Part shown: in pieces, positions 14,754-23,322 of the stretch
How the letters are laid out: every line of letters begins with the position of its first letter
How positions within the stretch are numbered: the first letter of the stretch is position 1
Source: a virus
Lineage: Duplodnaviria; Caudoviricetes
Length of the DNA: 33,523 nt
IMG/VR virus record: IMGVR_UViG_3300032330_000127
Location: 1-33,523 of that record
Strand: one strand, 5' to 3'
Made by a program: the position numbers and the translations under genes
Notes under the pieces: model-generated
Told to the model about the DNA's origin: nothing
What the model saw: only the letters and a program-made list of their open reading frames with translations
Database searches by the model: none

Positions 14754-16299
14754 AGAACATTCGCCACGTGAGATGCCAATGGCTGGCCTTAATCTGGACT
14801 TTAGTAAAAGCCCAATCGTCTATGACATGATTCAGTCTAATGCCTTTGTACAAGGCTTAATGGGTCCTGTTGGCTCTGGTAAGTCTTACGCCTGTGCAGC
14901 CAAGATAATGATCAAAGCTGTCCAGCAAAAGCCTAGTCCTGTGGACGGTATCAAGTACAGCCGTTGGGCGGTGGTGCGTAACAGCTACCCCATGCTAAAG
15001 ACCACCACTATTAAGACCTGGCTAGATCTCTTTCCAGAGGCCACCTTTGGCAATCTGCTGTGGACGCCACCTATTACGCATCACATTAGACTGCCTGCCC
15101 GCGGGGACGCTGCTGGCATTGACTGCGAGATTATTTTTCTAGCCCTTGATCAACCAAAAGACGTTAGGAAATTGCTCTCGCTTGAGTTGACTGGTGCGTG
15201 GGTGAATGAGGCACGTGAGTTGCCCAAGGCCGTGATTGATGGCCTCACCCACCGTGTTGGCCGATACCCTACCAAGCGTGATGGCGGTGCTACCTGGCAC
15301 GGCATCATCATGGATACCAACCCCATGGACGATGACCACTGGTGGCATCGAGTCGCTGAGAAGGAGCCAATCACTGGCAAGTACGCATGGAAGTTCTTTA
15401 AGCAGCCTGGTGGCGTAATTGATGTAGCCAAAGATGATCTGCCAGAAAACCCAGAGGCCAATGACCACATATTCGCAGCTGGCAAGTGGTGGCGCTTAAA
15501 CCCAAAAGCTGAGAACATTAACAACCTACCCGCTGGCTACTATATGCAGCAACTGGCTGGCAAGAATTTAGACTGGATCCGCTGCTATGCCCAGGGCGTC
15601 TACACGTTTGTAAAGGATGGCCAGAGCGTTTGGCCTGAGTACGATGACAACATCATGGCTGCCGAGCTAGAGGCCGATCCTAATTTGCCTATCCAAGTGG
15701 GGCTAGACTTTGGTTTGACGCCTGCAGCAGTCTTTGGCCAGCGCCACCCAAGTGGCCAGTGGCGTGTATTGCATGAGATCGTCACCTTTGACATGGGTCT
15801 AGAGCGTTTTGGCCAGCAGTTGCTGACAGAGTTGCAGACTAGGTTTCCCAAATATGAGGTACGCATATGGGGTGATCCTGCTGGTATGCAGAGAGACGCC
15901 ATATATGAGACTACAGCGTTTGAGTATCTGCGCTCATTGGGGCTAAAGGCCGAGCCAACTGCGACAAACGACTTCAAAGCCAGGCGTGAGGCAGCTGCTG
16001 CCCCCATGAATCGCATGGTGATGGGCAAGCCTGGCCTGCTGATAAACAAAAACTGCAAGTTATTGCGTAAATCCTTGAGTGGTGGCTACCACTTCAAGCG
16101 TATTGCTGTGGGTGCTGGGCATGAGAGGTTCAAAGATACCCCTAATAAGAACGAACACTCGCACGTGGGTGACGCATTTGGCTATTTACTTACTGGTGGC
16201 GGTGAATATCGTCAGCTAACCAGGGGAACTAACCGCACAAACGGCAAAGTCTTCATTGCCCAAACCATAGCATCGGATGATTTTGATGTCTTTGCCTGA
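14743..16299 (+). CDS. terL: Terminase large subunit
   Basis: Walker A GPVGSGKS, Walker B WVNEARE, MDTNP motif III, nuclease motifs GLDFG, GDPAG and HVGDAFGY; AAGGA RBS before ATG at 14743. Confidence 0.93.
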   Translation: MKTKEHSPREMPMAGLNLDFSKSPIVYDMIQSNAFVQGLMGPVGSGKSYACAAKIMIKAVQQKPSPVDGIKYSRWAVVRNSYPMLKTTTIKTWLDLFPEATFGNLLWTPPITHHIRLPARGDAAGIDCEIIFLALDQPKDVRKLLSLELTGAWVNEARELPKAVIDGLTHRVGRYPTKRDGGATWHGIIMDTNPMDDDHWWHRVAEKEPITGKYAWKFFKQPGGVIDVAKDDLPENPEANDHIFAAGKWWRLNPKAENINNLPAGYYMQQLAGKNLDWIRCYAQGVYTFVKDGQSVWPEYDDNIMAAELEADPNLPIQVGLDFGLTPAAVFGQRHPSGQWRVLHEIVTFDMGLERFGQQLLTELQTRFPKYEVRIWGDPAGMQRDAIYETTAFEYLRSLGLKAEPTATNDFKARREAAAAPMNRMVMGKPGLLINKNCKLLRKSLSGGYHFKRIAVGAGHERFKDTPNKNEHSHVGDAFGYLLTGGGEYRQLTRGTNRTNGKVFIAQTIASDDFDVFA

Positions 16300-16756
16300 T
16301 TTACCTACCATGCCAGGCCTGACCTGGGTTCCATTCCAGCCTGGCCATGTAGCAGTGATGAATATCAAGGCGCAGAACTTTCAACACATCAGCAGAGCAG
16401 TTGACGTGATGACTATGCTCGAACACCAGTCACGTTTAGGCCACGCTATCACAGCGATATTGCATGGCAGACCAGTTGCCTGCTTTGGTGCGGTGCATAT
16501 CTGGAAGGGTGTCGAGGAGATGTGGTGCTTGATAGAGGAACGTGGGCGTAAATACCCAAAGACTCTGACAAGAGCAGCCATTGTTTACCGTGATTTCAGA
16601 GTGATATCGCAGAATTTACATAGGTTACAAATAATCGTAAGATGCGTTGACTTACGAGCTGTGCGTTGGGGAAATGCTATTGGATTCGAGATAGAAGGCT
16701 TGATGAAAAAGTATGGACCAGACGAGGCAGATTTTTTTATGATGTCAAGGAGTTGA
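16286..16756 (+). CDS. GNAT-fold protein (T7 gp13-like virion-associated acyltransferase fold)
   Basis: VACFG...W.GV.E.W...RLQ..V...AVRW...IGFEIEG.MKKYG GNAT motif B. Confidence 0.7.
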   Translation: MSLPDLPTMPGLTWVPFQPGHVAVMNIKAQNFQHISRAVDVMTMLEHQSRLGHAITAILHGRPVACFGAVHIWKGVEEMWCLIEERGRKYPKTLTRAAIVYRDFRVISQNLHRLQIIVRCVDLRAVRWGNAIGFEIEGLMKKYGPDEADFFMMSRS

Positions 16757-16757
16757 T

Positions 16758-16997
16758 ATGGGTGGACTATTTGGTGGCGGTGGCGGTGGATCTTCAGCAG
16801 CAGCAGAAGAGCAGATCCGAGTTCAAAAAGAGCAGATCCAAAAGCAAGACGAGCAGCTTGCTACACAAGAAACTAACCTGGCTAAGAAGACCCAAGCTGG
16901 CATGGCTGCAAGGCGTGGTGGTGGTTTGCGTCAACTGCTTTCGCAAGAGAGACAAGACAGCGAGTTGGGCGTTACATCTAAGCTCGGTGGAATGTAA
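16758..16997 (+). CDS. Small Gly-rich virion protein (gp7.3-like)
   Basis: MGGLFGGG start, coiled coil, RRGG.RQLLS...LG end; lies upstream of the portal. Confidence 0.65.
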   Translation: MGGLFGGGGGGSSAAAEEQIRVQKEQIQKQDEQLATQETNLAKKTQAGMAARRGGGLRQLLSQERQDSELGVTSKLGGM

Positions 16998-16999
16998 TC

Positions 17000-17161
17000 A
17001 TGGCAGACATGAAATCCAAGATGCAAGAAAAAGTGCATAAGGTGATGAAAGAGTATTCCACTGGAAAACTCAAATCTTCATCTGGCCAAAAAGTCAAGTC
17101 ACGTGAGCAAGCAATTGCTATTGGTATGAGCGAGGCTAGGCAAGCAGCCAAGAAAAAATAA
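17000..17161 (+). CDS. 53-aa DUF6496-like basic protein (absent from the ORF track)
   Basis: MADMKSKMQEKVHKVMKEYSTGKLKSSSGQKVKSREQAIAIGMSEARQAAKKK; fills the gap exactly. Confidence 0.85.
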   Translation: MADMKSKMQEKVHKVMKEYSTGKLKSSSGQKVKSREQAIAIGMSEARQAAKKK

Positions 17162-17749
17162 ATGGCAATCATCTACGTCACTAGAGAGTCTGAAAATCAA
17201 AAAGCGCAATTCGTTGCGCTGACTCAGAAAACCAAAGATGGCACACAAGCCATTGCTGGAAGTGACTACCCTGTGATTACTGCTGATGTCAACCATACAC
17301 GCCTGCATGAAGGCCGTGCGTATATCGCATGGAACATCTACCCAGACTCTGCCAAACTGGCTGCTGGCTCTAGCGCAGACATTGTGTTGGCAGCTGCGCC
17401 TGGTGTTACACCTCACATAACCATTGCTATGGAGTCAAGCGGTGACGCTGACTTCTTTGTCTATGAGGATACGGTCACCACTGGTGGCACGGCATTCACG
17501 CCAGTGCGTAGAAATAGAACCATTGCGTCAACTAGTGATGTGGCTATGGTGCTAAATCCAACAGTGACATCACTTGGGACATTGATCAATCGACAGTTTG
17601 TCACTGGTGGCACTGGCAAGAAGGCGTCTGGTGGTGGTGCTGGGTCATTGGAATATGTCTTGGCGCCACTAACAAACTATCTGTTCCGATTGACCAACGT
17701 CAATGGAACTTCTCACACGGCACTATTAGAGTTGGAGTGGTACGAGTAA
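17162..17749 (+). CDS. Hypothetical beta-rich, probably structural protein
   Basis: 195 aa; Gly/Thr-rich; ends in ...LEWYE. Confidence 0.7.
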   Translation: MAIIYVTRESENQKAQFVALTQKTKDGTQAIAGSDYPVITADVNHTRLHEGRAYIAWNIYPDSAKLAAGSSADIVLAAAPGVTPHITIAMESSGDADFFVYEDTVTTGGTAFTPVRRNRTIASTSDVAMVLNPTVTSLGTLINRQFVTGGTGKKASGGGAGSLEYVLAPLTNYLFRLTNVNGTSHTALLELEWYE

Positions 17750-18219
17750 TGGCTACAAACATGATCACAGAGGCCGAGAAGGAAATGGAAGGCGAGGGTG
17801 AGTATCAATGCCCACTGGCCACCAGAGACATCAAGACCAATCTGAAAAACAGAGACTGGGCATTTGAGAATGTCGGCTACGGGCCAGCTAATCCAGATGA
17901 CGCAAAGAACAATGTGATATTTTGGATCCGAAAAACCGTGATCTGGAACACCAATGTTGATGAGGCCATGGGTATGCGGTGCGGTAACTGCGCTGCGTTT
18001 ATCCAGACCAAACAAATGCTCGACTGCATTAAGGCAGGCATTGAGGCCAAGAATCCAGAAGAGGAATCTGGCTATGACGAGGACGTAATTGAAACCGCAG
18101 GCCTTGGCTTTTGCGAGTTGTTTCACTTTAAATGCGCCAGCACAAGAACGTGCGATGCGTGGCTAGTTGGCGGTCCCATCACCGATGAAGAGGAGGACGA
18201 GTCTGATGAATATGAATAA
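17749..18219 (+). CDS. Cys-rich acidic protein (HiPIP-like Cys spacing)
   Basis: RCGNCAAF...GFCELFHFKC...TCDAW; TAATG coupling at 17749. Confidence 0.7.
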   Translation: MATNMITEAEKEMEGEGEYQCPLATRDIKTNLKNRDWAFENVGYGPANPDDAKNNVIFWIRKTVIWNTNVDEAMGMRCGNCAAFIQTKQMLDCIKAGIEAKNPEEESGYDEDVIETAGLGFCELFHFKCASTRTCDAWLVGGPITDEEEDESDEYE

Positions 18220-18370
18220 AAAAATCTGGAATCAAGCTCGGCCAAAAAACTTAGGCGAGCCAAAGAAGTTGTCTCCAAGCGATAAGAAGTCAGCGCAGGC
18301 CAGTGCCAAAGCAGCTGGGCGCCCCTATCCCAATTTGGTTGACAACATGAATGCAGCCAAAAAGAAATGA
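18212..18370 (+). CDS. Small basic hypothetical protein
   Basis: K-rich, AGRPYPNLVDNM.AAK; start at 18206 or 18212. Confidence 0.7.
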   Translation: MNKKIWNQARPKNLGEPKKLSPSDKKSAQASAKAAGRPYPNLVDNMNAAKKK

Positions 18371-18693
18371 GCAAGTACAAAGATCCTAAAGGCGGGTTGA
18401 CCGAGGCTGGCAGGCGCAAGTTCGAGCGCTCTGGCGAGAGTAAGAATCTGCAGCCAGGCGTCAAGGCATCTAACCCAAAGGGGCAAGACGCTAGGCGCAA
18501 GGGATCTTTTTTAACTAGATTCTTTACCAACCCCAGCGGTCCACTGGTGAACAAGAAGGGTGAGCCAACCAGGCTGGCGCTGTCGGCCAACGCATGGGGT
18601 GAGCCAGTACCAAAGACCGCAGATGCAGCTGCTCGATTAGCAGCCAAAGGCAGAGCAATTCTAAAAAGATACCAAGCAAGCAAGAAAGACTGA
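18367..18693 (+). CDS. Basic DUF6321-like phage protein
   Basis: KDPKGGLT.AGRR...RRK.SF..RF...PTRLALS..AW. Confidence 0.7.
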   Translation: MSKYKDPKGGLTEAGRRKFERSGESKNLQPGVKASNPKGQDARRKGSFLTRFFTNPSGPLVNKKGEPTRLALSANAWGEPVPKTADAAARLAAKGRAILKRYQASKKD

Positions 18694-18694
18694 T

Positions 18695-20254
18695 ATGGCA
18701 AAAATGAGCGTTGAGCAAATTCTGCAGCGACACAAAATAGCGCAGAACAAAAAGGATGACTTTCGCAGTCTCTATGAAGACGCCATGGAGTTTGCCCTGC
18801 CACAGCGCAATCTCTACGGTGGTGAGTACGAGGGGAAAGTTGGCGGTAAACGCAAGATGACCAGGGTGTTTGACTCTACGGCCATCAACTCTACCCAGCG
18901 CTTTGCTAACCGCCTGCAGTCTGGCATTTTCCCGCCACAGCGCAAGTGGTGCAGGCTTGAGCCTGGCACTGACATACCAATGGATCGCAAGAGCCAAGTG
19001 CAGATGATGCTAGATATGTACAGCGATAAGATGTTCAGCGTCTTAAAGCAGTCTAACTTTGACATTGCTATGGGCGAGTTTTTGCTAGATCTCTCTGTTG
19101 GCACAGCTGTCATGCTGATCCAAAAGGGTGATGCTGTTAACCCCATCAACTTTATCCCTGTCCCGCAATACCTGGTCAGCTTTGAAGAGGGCGCCAATGG
19201 TCAGGTGGATAACGTCTATCGCAAGATGCGGATTAAAGGCGAGTCCATCCAGATGCAATGGAAAGATGCAGAGATCCCACCAGATCTGCAGCGCCTAATT
19301 GCTGATAAGCCAACAGAAGAGATAGATCTGATTGAGGCCACCGTGCTAAATCTAGACCGTGGTGACTACGGTTACTACGTGATCCATGAAAAGTCTAAGT
19401 CTCAGCTGGTTTACCGCAAGCTCAAATCTAGCCCATGGGTGGTGTCACGCTACATGAAGGTGGCTGGCGAGATCTATGGCCGTGGTCCAGTGCTGACTGC
19501 GCTGCCAGACATTAAGACCCTTAACAAAGTCAAAGAATTGCTACTCAAGAATGCCAGCCTAGCGATCACTGGTGTCTACACCGCAGCTGATGATGGTGTG
19601 CTAAACCCAGCCAATGTGAAGATCACGCCTGGGGCGATCATTCCAGTGGCCAGGAACGGTGGACCACAGGGTGAGGCGCTTAAACCGCTGCCACGTGCTG
19701 GTGACTTCAACGTCTCCCAGCTGGTGATCAATGACCTGGTGCAATCCATCAAGCGCACACTGCTCGATGAGAGCTTGCCACCAGACAATATGTCGGCCAG
19801 ATCTGCCACTGAGGTGGTAGAGCGCATGAAAGAGCTGGCTCAAAACCTTGGCTCTGCCTTTGGCCGTTTGATCAATGAGACGATGATCCCGCTGGTTACC
19901 AAGATTCTAGAAGTCATGGACGCTGATGGCATGATTGTGTTGCCCATCCAGGTTAACGGTCTGGAGGTCAAGGTTAGCCCTGTCTCTCCGCTTGCCATGG
20001 CTCAGAACATGGACGAGATCAACAACATATTGCAGTTTATGCAGATCACTGCTGGCATGGGTCCAGAAGGCCAGATGGCCATCAAGGCTGGCACTGCCAT
20101 TGACTACATTGCCGACAAGCTCGGTGTGCCTATCCAGGTGCGTACTACTGGCGAGGAGCGTAAAGCGATGATGCAGCAGATGGCGCAGGCTGCCATGATG
20201 GCACAGCAGCAGCAGGGTGCATTACCAGCGCCAGCAGGCGAGGCTATGGCATGA
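18695..20254 (+). CDS. Portal (head-tail connector, T7 gp8-like)
   Basis: 519 aa; FDSTA...LQSGIFP...W, GE.YGRGP...ALPDIKTLN, SATEV.ER..E....LG..FGRL..E. Confidence 0.93.
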   Translation: MAKMSVEQILQRHKIAQNKKDDFRSLYEDAMEFALPQRNLYGGEYEGKVGGKRKMTRVFDSTAINSTQRFANRLQSGIFPPQRKWCRLEPGTDIPMDRKSQVQMMLDMYSDKMFSVLKQSNFDIAMGEFLLDLSVGTAVMLIQKGDAVNPINFIPVPQYLVSFEEGANGQVDNVYRKMRIKGESIQMQWKDAEIPPDLQRLIADKPTEEIDLIEATVLNLDRGDYGYYVIHEKSKSQLVYRKLKSSPWVVSRYMKVAGEIYGRGPVLTALPDIKTLNKVKELLLKNASLAITGVYTAADDGVLNPANVKITPGAIIPVARNGGPQGEALKPLPRAGDFNVSQLVINDLVQSIKRTLLDESLPPDNMSARSATEVVERMKELAQNLGSAFGRLINETMIPLVTKILEVMDADGMIVLPIQVNGLEVKVSPVSPLAMAQNMDEINNILQFMQITAGMGPEGQMAIKAGTAIDYIADKLGVPIQVRTTGEERKAMMQQMAQAAMMAQQQQGALPAPAGEAMA

Positions 20255-20508
20255 GTGGCTGGGATGACCTAGAGGCAGAGCCTGCTGCCTTTGAGCCTGA
20301 TCAAGACAGGGTAGATCTGAACCTCCAGGTGGCAAAAACCTTTGCCAGTGCTGAAGGTCAAAAAGTACTAGCGTGGCTGCGAGAGTTCTATCTTGAGCAA
20401 CCGTGCTGGCAACCAGGCTCTGACAGTTCGCTGGGAGTGTTCCGAGAGGGGCAAAACAGCGTGGTCAGGGATATTGAAAATAGAATCCGAAAGGCTAAAC
20501 AAAGATGA
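20251..20508 (+). CDS. Bbp19-like small protein
   Basis: F.S.EGQKVL.WL...FREGQNSVVR.I; lies between portal and scaffold. Confidence 0.75.
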   Translation: MSGWDDLEAEPAAFEPDQDRVDLNLQVAKTFASAEGQKVLAWLREFYLEQPCWQPGSDSSLGVFREGQNSVVRDIENRIRKAKQR

Positions 20509-21269
20509 GTGATGCAAATGACAACCCAGGCCTGCTGGCTAGTGCAGAGGAAAGCACAGACCAGCCGACAACCGAGGGCCAAGAGCAGACAATCAGTCAC
20601 GTACAAGGTGACCCAACCGAGCAAGACGATACCCCACTGGAGCGCCCTGACTTCTGGCCAGAGAAATTCTGGAACAAAGACGATCAAGCCCCAGACCTAG
20701 AGGGAATCAGCAAGTCTTACGTGGAGCTAGAGAAGAAGTTCCGAGCTGGTGGCCACAAACCCCCAGAGAATGGCGAGTACGACATTGGCGGTCTAGGCCT
20801 CAAAGGTGATGACCCAGTGGTCAAAAGCTATGTGGGCTGGGCGCAGAAGTACGGTATTAGCCAGCAAGCCTTTGAAGACCTGGCACGTGAGGTCACTGGT
20901 ATTGGCGCTAATAACATAGCAGAAACCCGCCAAAGCATGGCAGACGAGCTGGAGAAACTTGGACCCAATGCCAAGGCCATTATTAACAACATGGCTGGTT
21001 GGGGCAGAGGCATGGTGCAAAAGGGTATCTGGAGCCAGGAAGAGTTTCAAGAGTTCACTCGCTGGGGTGATACCGCTGCGGGTATTAAGACCCTGCAAAA
21101 GCTCAGAGAAACCTACGAGGGTAGAGTACCCACAGACACATTGAAACCAGACGCTGCTGGCTCGATGTCCAAAGAAGAGCTGGACGCCATGGTGGCTAAT
21201 CCAGAGTACAAGACAAACCCAAGCTACCGAGCCAAGGTAGAGAAGTTATTCGAGAAGATGTACGGTTAA
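20505..21269 (+). CDS. Capsid assembly scaffolding protein
   Basis: Acidic N-terminus, RP...PEKFW...SY.ELEKK, C-terminal M..P.Y..P.YR.KV; lies upstream of the capsid gene. Confidence 0.82.
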   Translation: MSDANDNPGLLASAEESTDQPTTEGQEQTISHVQGDPTEQDDTPLERPDFWPEKFWNKDDQAPDLEGISKSYVELEKKFRAGGHKPPENGEYDIGGLGLKGDDPVVKSYVGWAQKYGISQQAFEDLAREVTGIGANNIAETRQSMADELEKLGPNAKAIINNMAGWGRGMVQKGIWSQEEFQEFTRWGDTAAGIKTLQKLRETYEGRVPTDTLKPDAAGSMSKEELDAMVANPEYKTNPSYRAKVEKLFEKMYG

Positions 21270-21292
21270 CGGCAAGCAGTTGCCAACTTTAT

Positions 21293-21320
21293 AGCCAGGT
21301 GTAACAGCCTGGCTTTTTTT
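21293..21320 (+). terminator. Rho-independent terminator after the scaffold gene
   Basis: AGCCAGG-tgtaacag-CCTGGCT followed by a T run. Confidence 0.85.
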
Positions 21321-21330
21321 ATTTAAATAG

Positions 21331-21361
21331 TTGACACAATCATAAAAATATGATTTAGAAT
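21331..21361 (+). promoter_or_regulatory. Sigma70-like promoter for the capsid gene, with 19-bp spacer containing a dyad
   Basis: TTGACA at 21331-21336, TAGAAT at 21356-21361; AATCATA-AAAA-TATGATT at 21338-21355. Confidence 0.7.
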
Positions 21362-21366
21362 GTAAG

Positions 21367-21498
21367 CACTGACAACCGCAAGGCCAGTGACGATAGTAGT
21401 CTATCCAGGGGTGCGCTGTAAGGCACAAGTCTTGGCCCAGAGCTTTCTGGACAACCGTTGGCGATAAACATTTCATCAACCGTTTTCTAGGAGAAAAC
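21367..21498 (+). ncRNA. Structured 5' leader of the major capsid mRNA (putative cis-regulatory RNA)
   Basis: Serial hairpins at 21367-21389 (GCAA tetraloop), 21392-21405, 21411-21426 and 21434-21456, plus an RBS hairpin at 21482-21498. Confidence 0.6.
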
Positions 21499-21499
21499 A

Positions 21500-22342
21500 A
21501 TGGCAGTTAGTATCTCTAATGCTTTTGTAACCCTGTTCGACACGGAAGTAAAACAAGCGTATCAAGCTGATGCTGTCTTGCGTAATACTGTTCGTCTCCG
21601 CACTGGCGTTACTGCAAGCACACACAAGTTCCCAAAGATCGGCTCTGGCGTTGCACAAGTTCGTGTACCACAGACTGACGTCACTCCACTCAATGTCACT
21701 TATTCACAAGCAACTGTCACTTTGACAGACTACATTGCTGCTGAATATTCAGACATTTTCAACCAAGCTAAAGTTAACTTTGACGAGCGCCAAGAATTGG
21801 TGCAAGTTGTTGCTAAAGCTATTGGCCGTAGATCAGACCAGATGATTATTGACGCATTGGCAGCATCAAGCACCAGCTTGACAGTTGCTACTAGCATCGG
21901 TGGCGCTGGTACAAACTTGAACATGGCTAAATTGCGTGAAGCTGCACGTTTGCTAAACACTGCAAACGTACCCGCAGAAGATCGCTACATCTTGATCCAT
22001 GCATCACAGTTGTCTAGCTTGTTGTCTGAGACATCAGTCACCAGCTCTGACTTCAACACTGTGAAGGCCTTGGTTCAAGGTGATATCACTACATTTATGG
22101 GCTTTAACTTTGTGACTATCGGTGACCGCTCTGAAGGTGGTTTAACTGGTGGTGGCTCTGGTTCTACCCGCAAAGTGTATGCCTATCACAAAATGGCAGT
22201 CGGCATGGCCGAGAGCATGGCAATTCGTTCTGAAATCAACTACATCCCTGAGAAAACCTCTTGGTTAGTTAGCTCGATGTTCAGTGCTGGCGCTGTTGCT
22301 ATCGATGCTGGTGGTTGCGTTGACATAACTTGTACAGAATAA
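21500..22342 (+). CDS. Major capsid protein
   Basis: AGGAG RBS; F...F..EVKQAYQ, DQMIIDAL, VP.EDRY, SSDFNTVKALV.G...FMGF; follows the scaffold gene. Confidence 0.9.
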   Translation: MAVSISNAFVTLFDTEVKQAYQADAVLRNTVRLRTGVTASTHKFPKIGSGVAQVRVPQTDVTPLNVTYSQATVTLTDYIAAEYSDIFNQAKVNFDERQELVQVVAKAIGRRSDQMIIDALAASSTSLTVATSIGGAGTNLNMAKLREAARLLNTANVPAEDRYILIHASQLSSLLSETSVTSSDFNTVKALVQGDITTFMGFNFVTIGDRSEGGLTGGGSGSTRKVYAYHKMAVGMAESMAIRSEINYIPEKTSWLVSSMFSAGAVAIDAGGCVDITCTE

Positions 22343-22354
22343 GGAGTACACATC

Positions 22355-22636
22355 ATGGCATTTTCCGCAACAGGCTTTAACGCTATCGGTGGCCAGTCTA
22401 AATCTGGCAACGCACCAGCTATTTATAGCTATTCTTCCACTGACGCTCAATCAGTAATTCGTGTTTCTGGCTACTTCAACTCTGTCGCATCAGTGTTGAA
22501 AGTCGGTGACATCATTTTCTGCTACAGCGCTACTGGCGGTACGCCAGTTATGTCTACTGCATACGTCAACAGCAACTCTGCTGGCGTGGTTGACATTACT
22601 GACGGTGTGACCGTAACTTCAACTGACACTGACTAA
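22355..22636 (+). CDS. Small capsid-associated (decoration) protein
   Basis: TAAGGAG RBS; V..SGYFN....L..GD.I; shares a transcription unit with the capsid gene. Confidence 0.7.
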   Translation: MAFSATGFNAIGGQSKSGNAPAIYSYSSTDAQSVIRVSGYFNSVASVLKVGDIIFCYSATGGTPVMSTAYVNSNSAGVVDITDGVTVTSTDTD

Positions 22637-22653
22637 TCAGTAGTCAAGTAAGC

Positions 22654-22693
22654 AGGCCAACTTCTAGTTATCTGGAGGTTGGCCTTTCTCACA
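22654..22693 (+). terminator. Terminator-like hairpin after the capsid unit
   Basis: 14-bp stem AGGCCAACTTCTAG/CTGGAGGTTGGCCT (2 G-U pairs) with an interrupted T tail, consistent with partial read-through. Confidence 0.7.
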
Positions 22694-22707
22694 TTTTGGG
22701 GTGACCT

Positions 22708-23322
22708 ATGGCTAGTGGTGATACAGATCTAAAAGTATGCTCAGACGCCCTGCTTATGCTAGGCGCTAAGTCGATATCTTCATTCAATGAGGGTACTGAC
22801 GCATCTAATATCTGTGATCGCATCTACCCAGACCTCAAGAAATCTACGCTCCAGTCTTATCCCTGGAGCTTTACGTTTAAGAAGGTGCAGCTGGCGCAGA
22901 CAATCAACACGCCAGTTAACCAGTATCGCTACGAGTACCAGCTGCCATCAGACCGTCTTGGCACTATTCGTAGGGCTTACAACTCCACCGAGGTGGGTGC
23001 TAGAACATTTACAGATTGGGTTATCCAGGGCGATAAATTGCTGACCAATGAAACAACTGTTGTCATTGATTACCAATATCTTCCCACTGAATCTGAGATG
23101 CCTAGCTATTTCATTCAGCTGCTCAAGTACATGATGACCTGGCACCTGGCAGATCCAATCACAGATCAGATCAGCAAGACCCAATACTGGCAAGGAATTG
23201 CTACTGGTGGACCAGTAGAGAATAACCGTGGTGGTTACTTTCGCACAGCTATGGTCATCGATGGCCAGGGCAATACCACCCAGAGCTTTGAAGACTTCAG
23301 CCTGATTGCTGTGAGGAACTAA
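22708..23322 (+). CDS. Tail tubular protein A (gp11-like adaptor)
   Basis: CS.AL.MLGA..I.SF, YPWSF, Y.YQLPSD; follows the capsid unit. Confidence 0.85.
   Translation: MASGDTDLKVCSDALLMLGAKSISSFNEGTDASNICDRIYPDLKKSTLQSYPWSFTFKKVQLAQTINTPVNQYRYEYQLPSDRLGTIRRAYNSTEVGARTFTDWVIQGDKLLTNETTVVIDYQYLPTESEMPSYFIQLLKYMMTWHLADPITDQISKTQYWQGIATGGPVENNRGGYFRTAMVIDGQGNTTQSFEDFSLIAVRN

Noticed and set aside
21371-21456. GACAACC in the capsid leader matching the iteron half-site
   Set aside because: The second half-site GGTTGT is missing and RNA pairing explains both copies; a 7-mer match can be chance.
22300-22360. T7 10A/10B-type frameshift extension of the capsid
   Set aside because: No slippery sequence is visible near the stop, and the next gene has its own strong TAAGGAG RBS.
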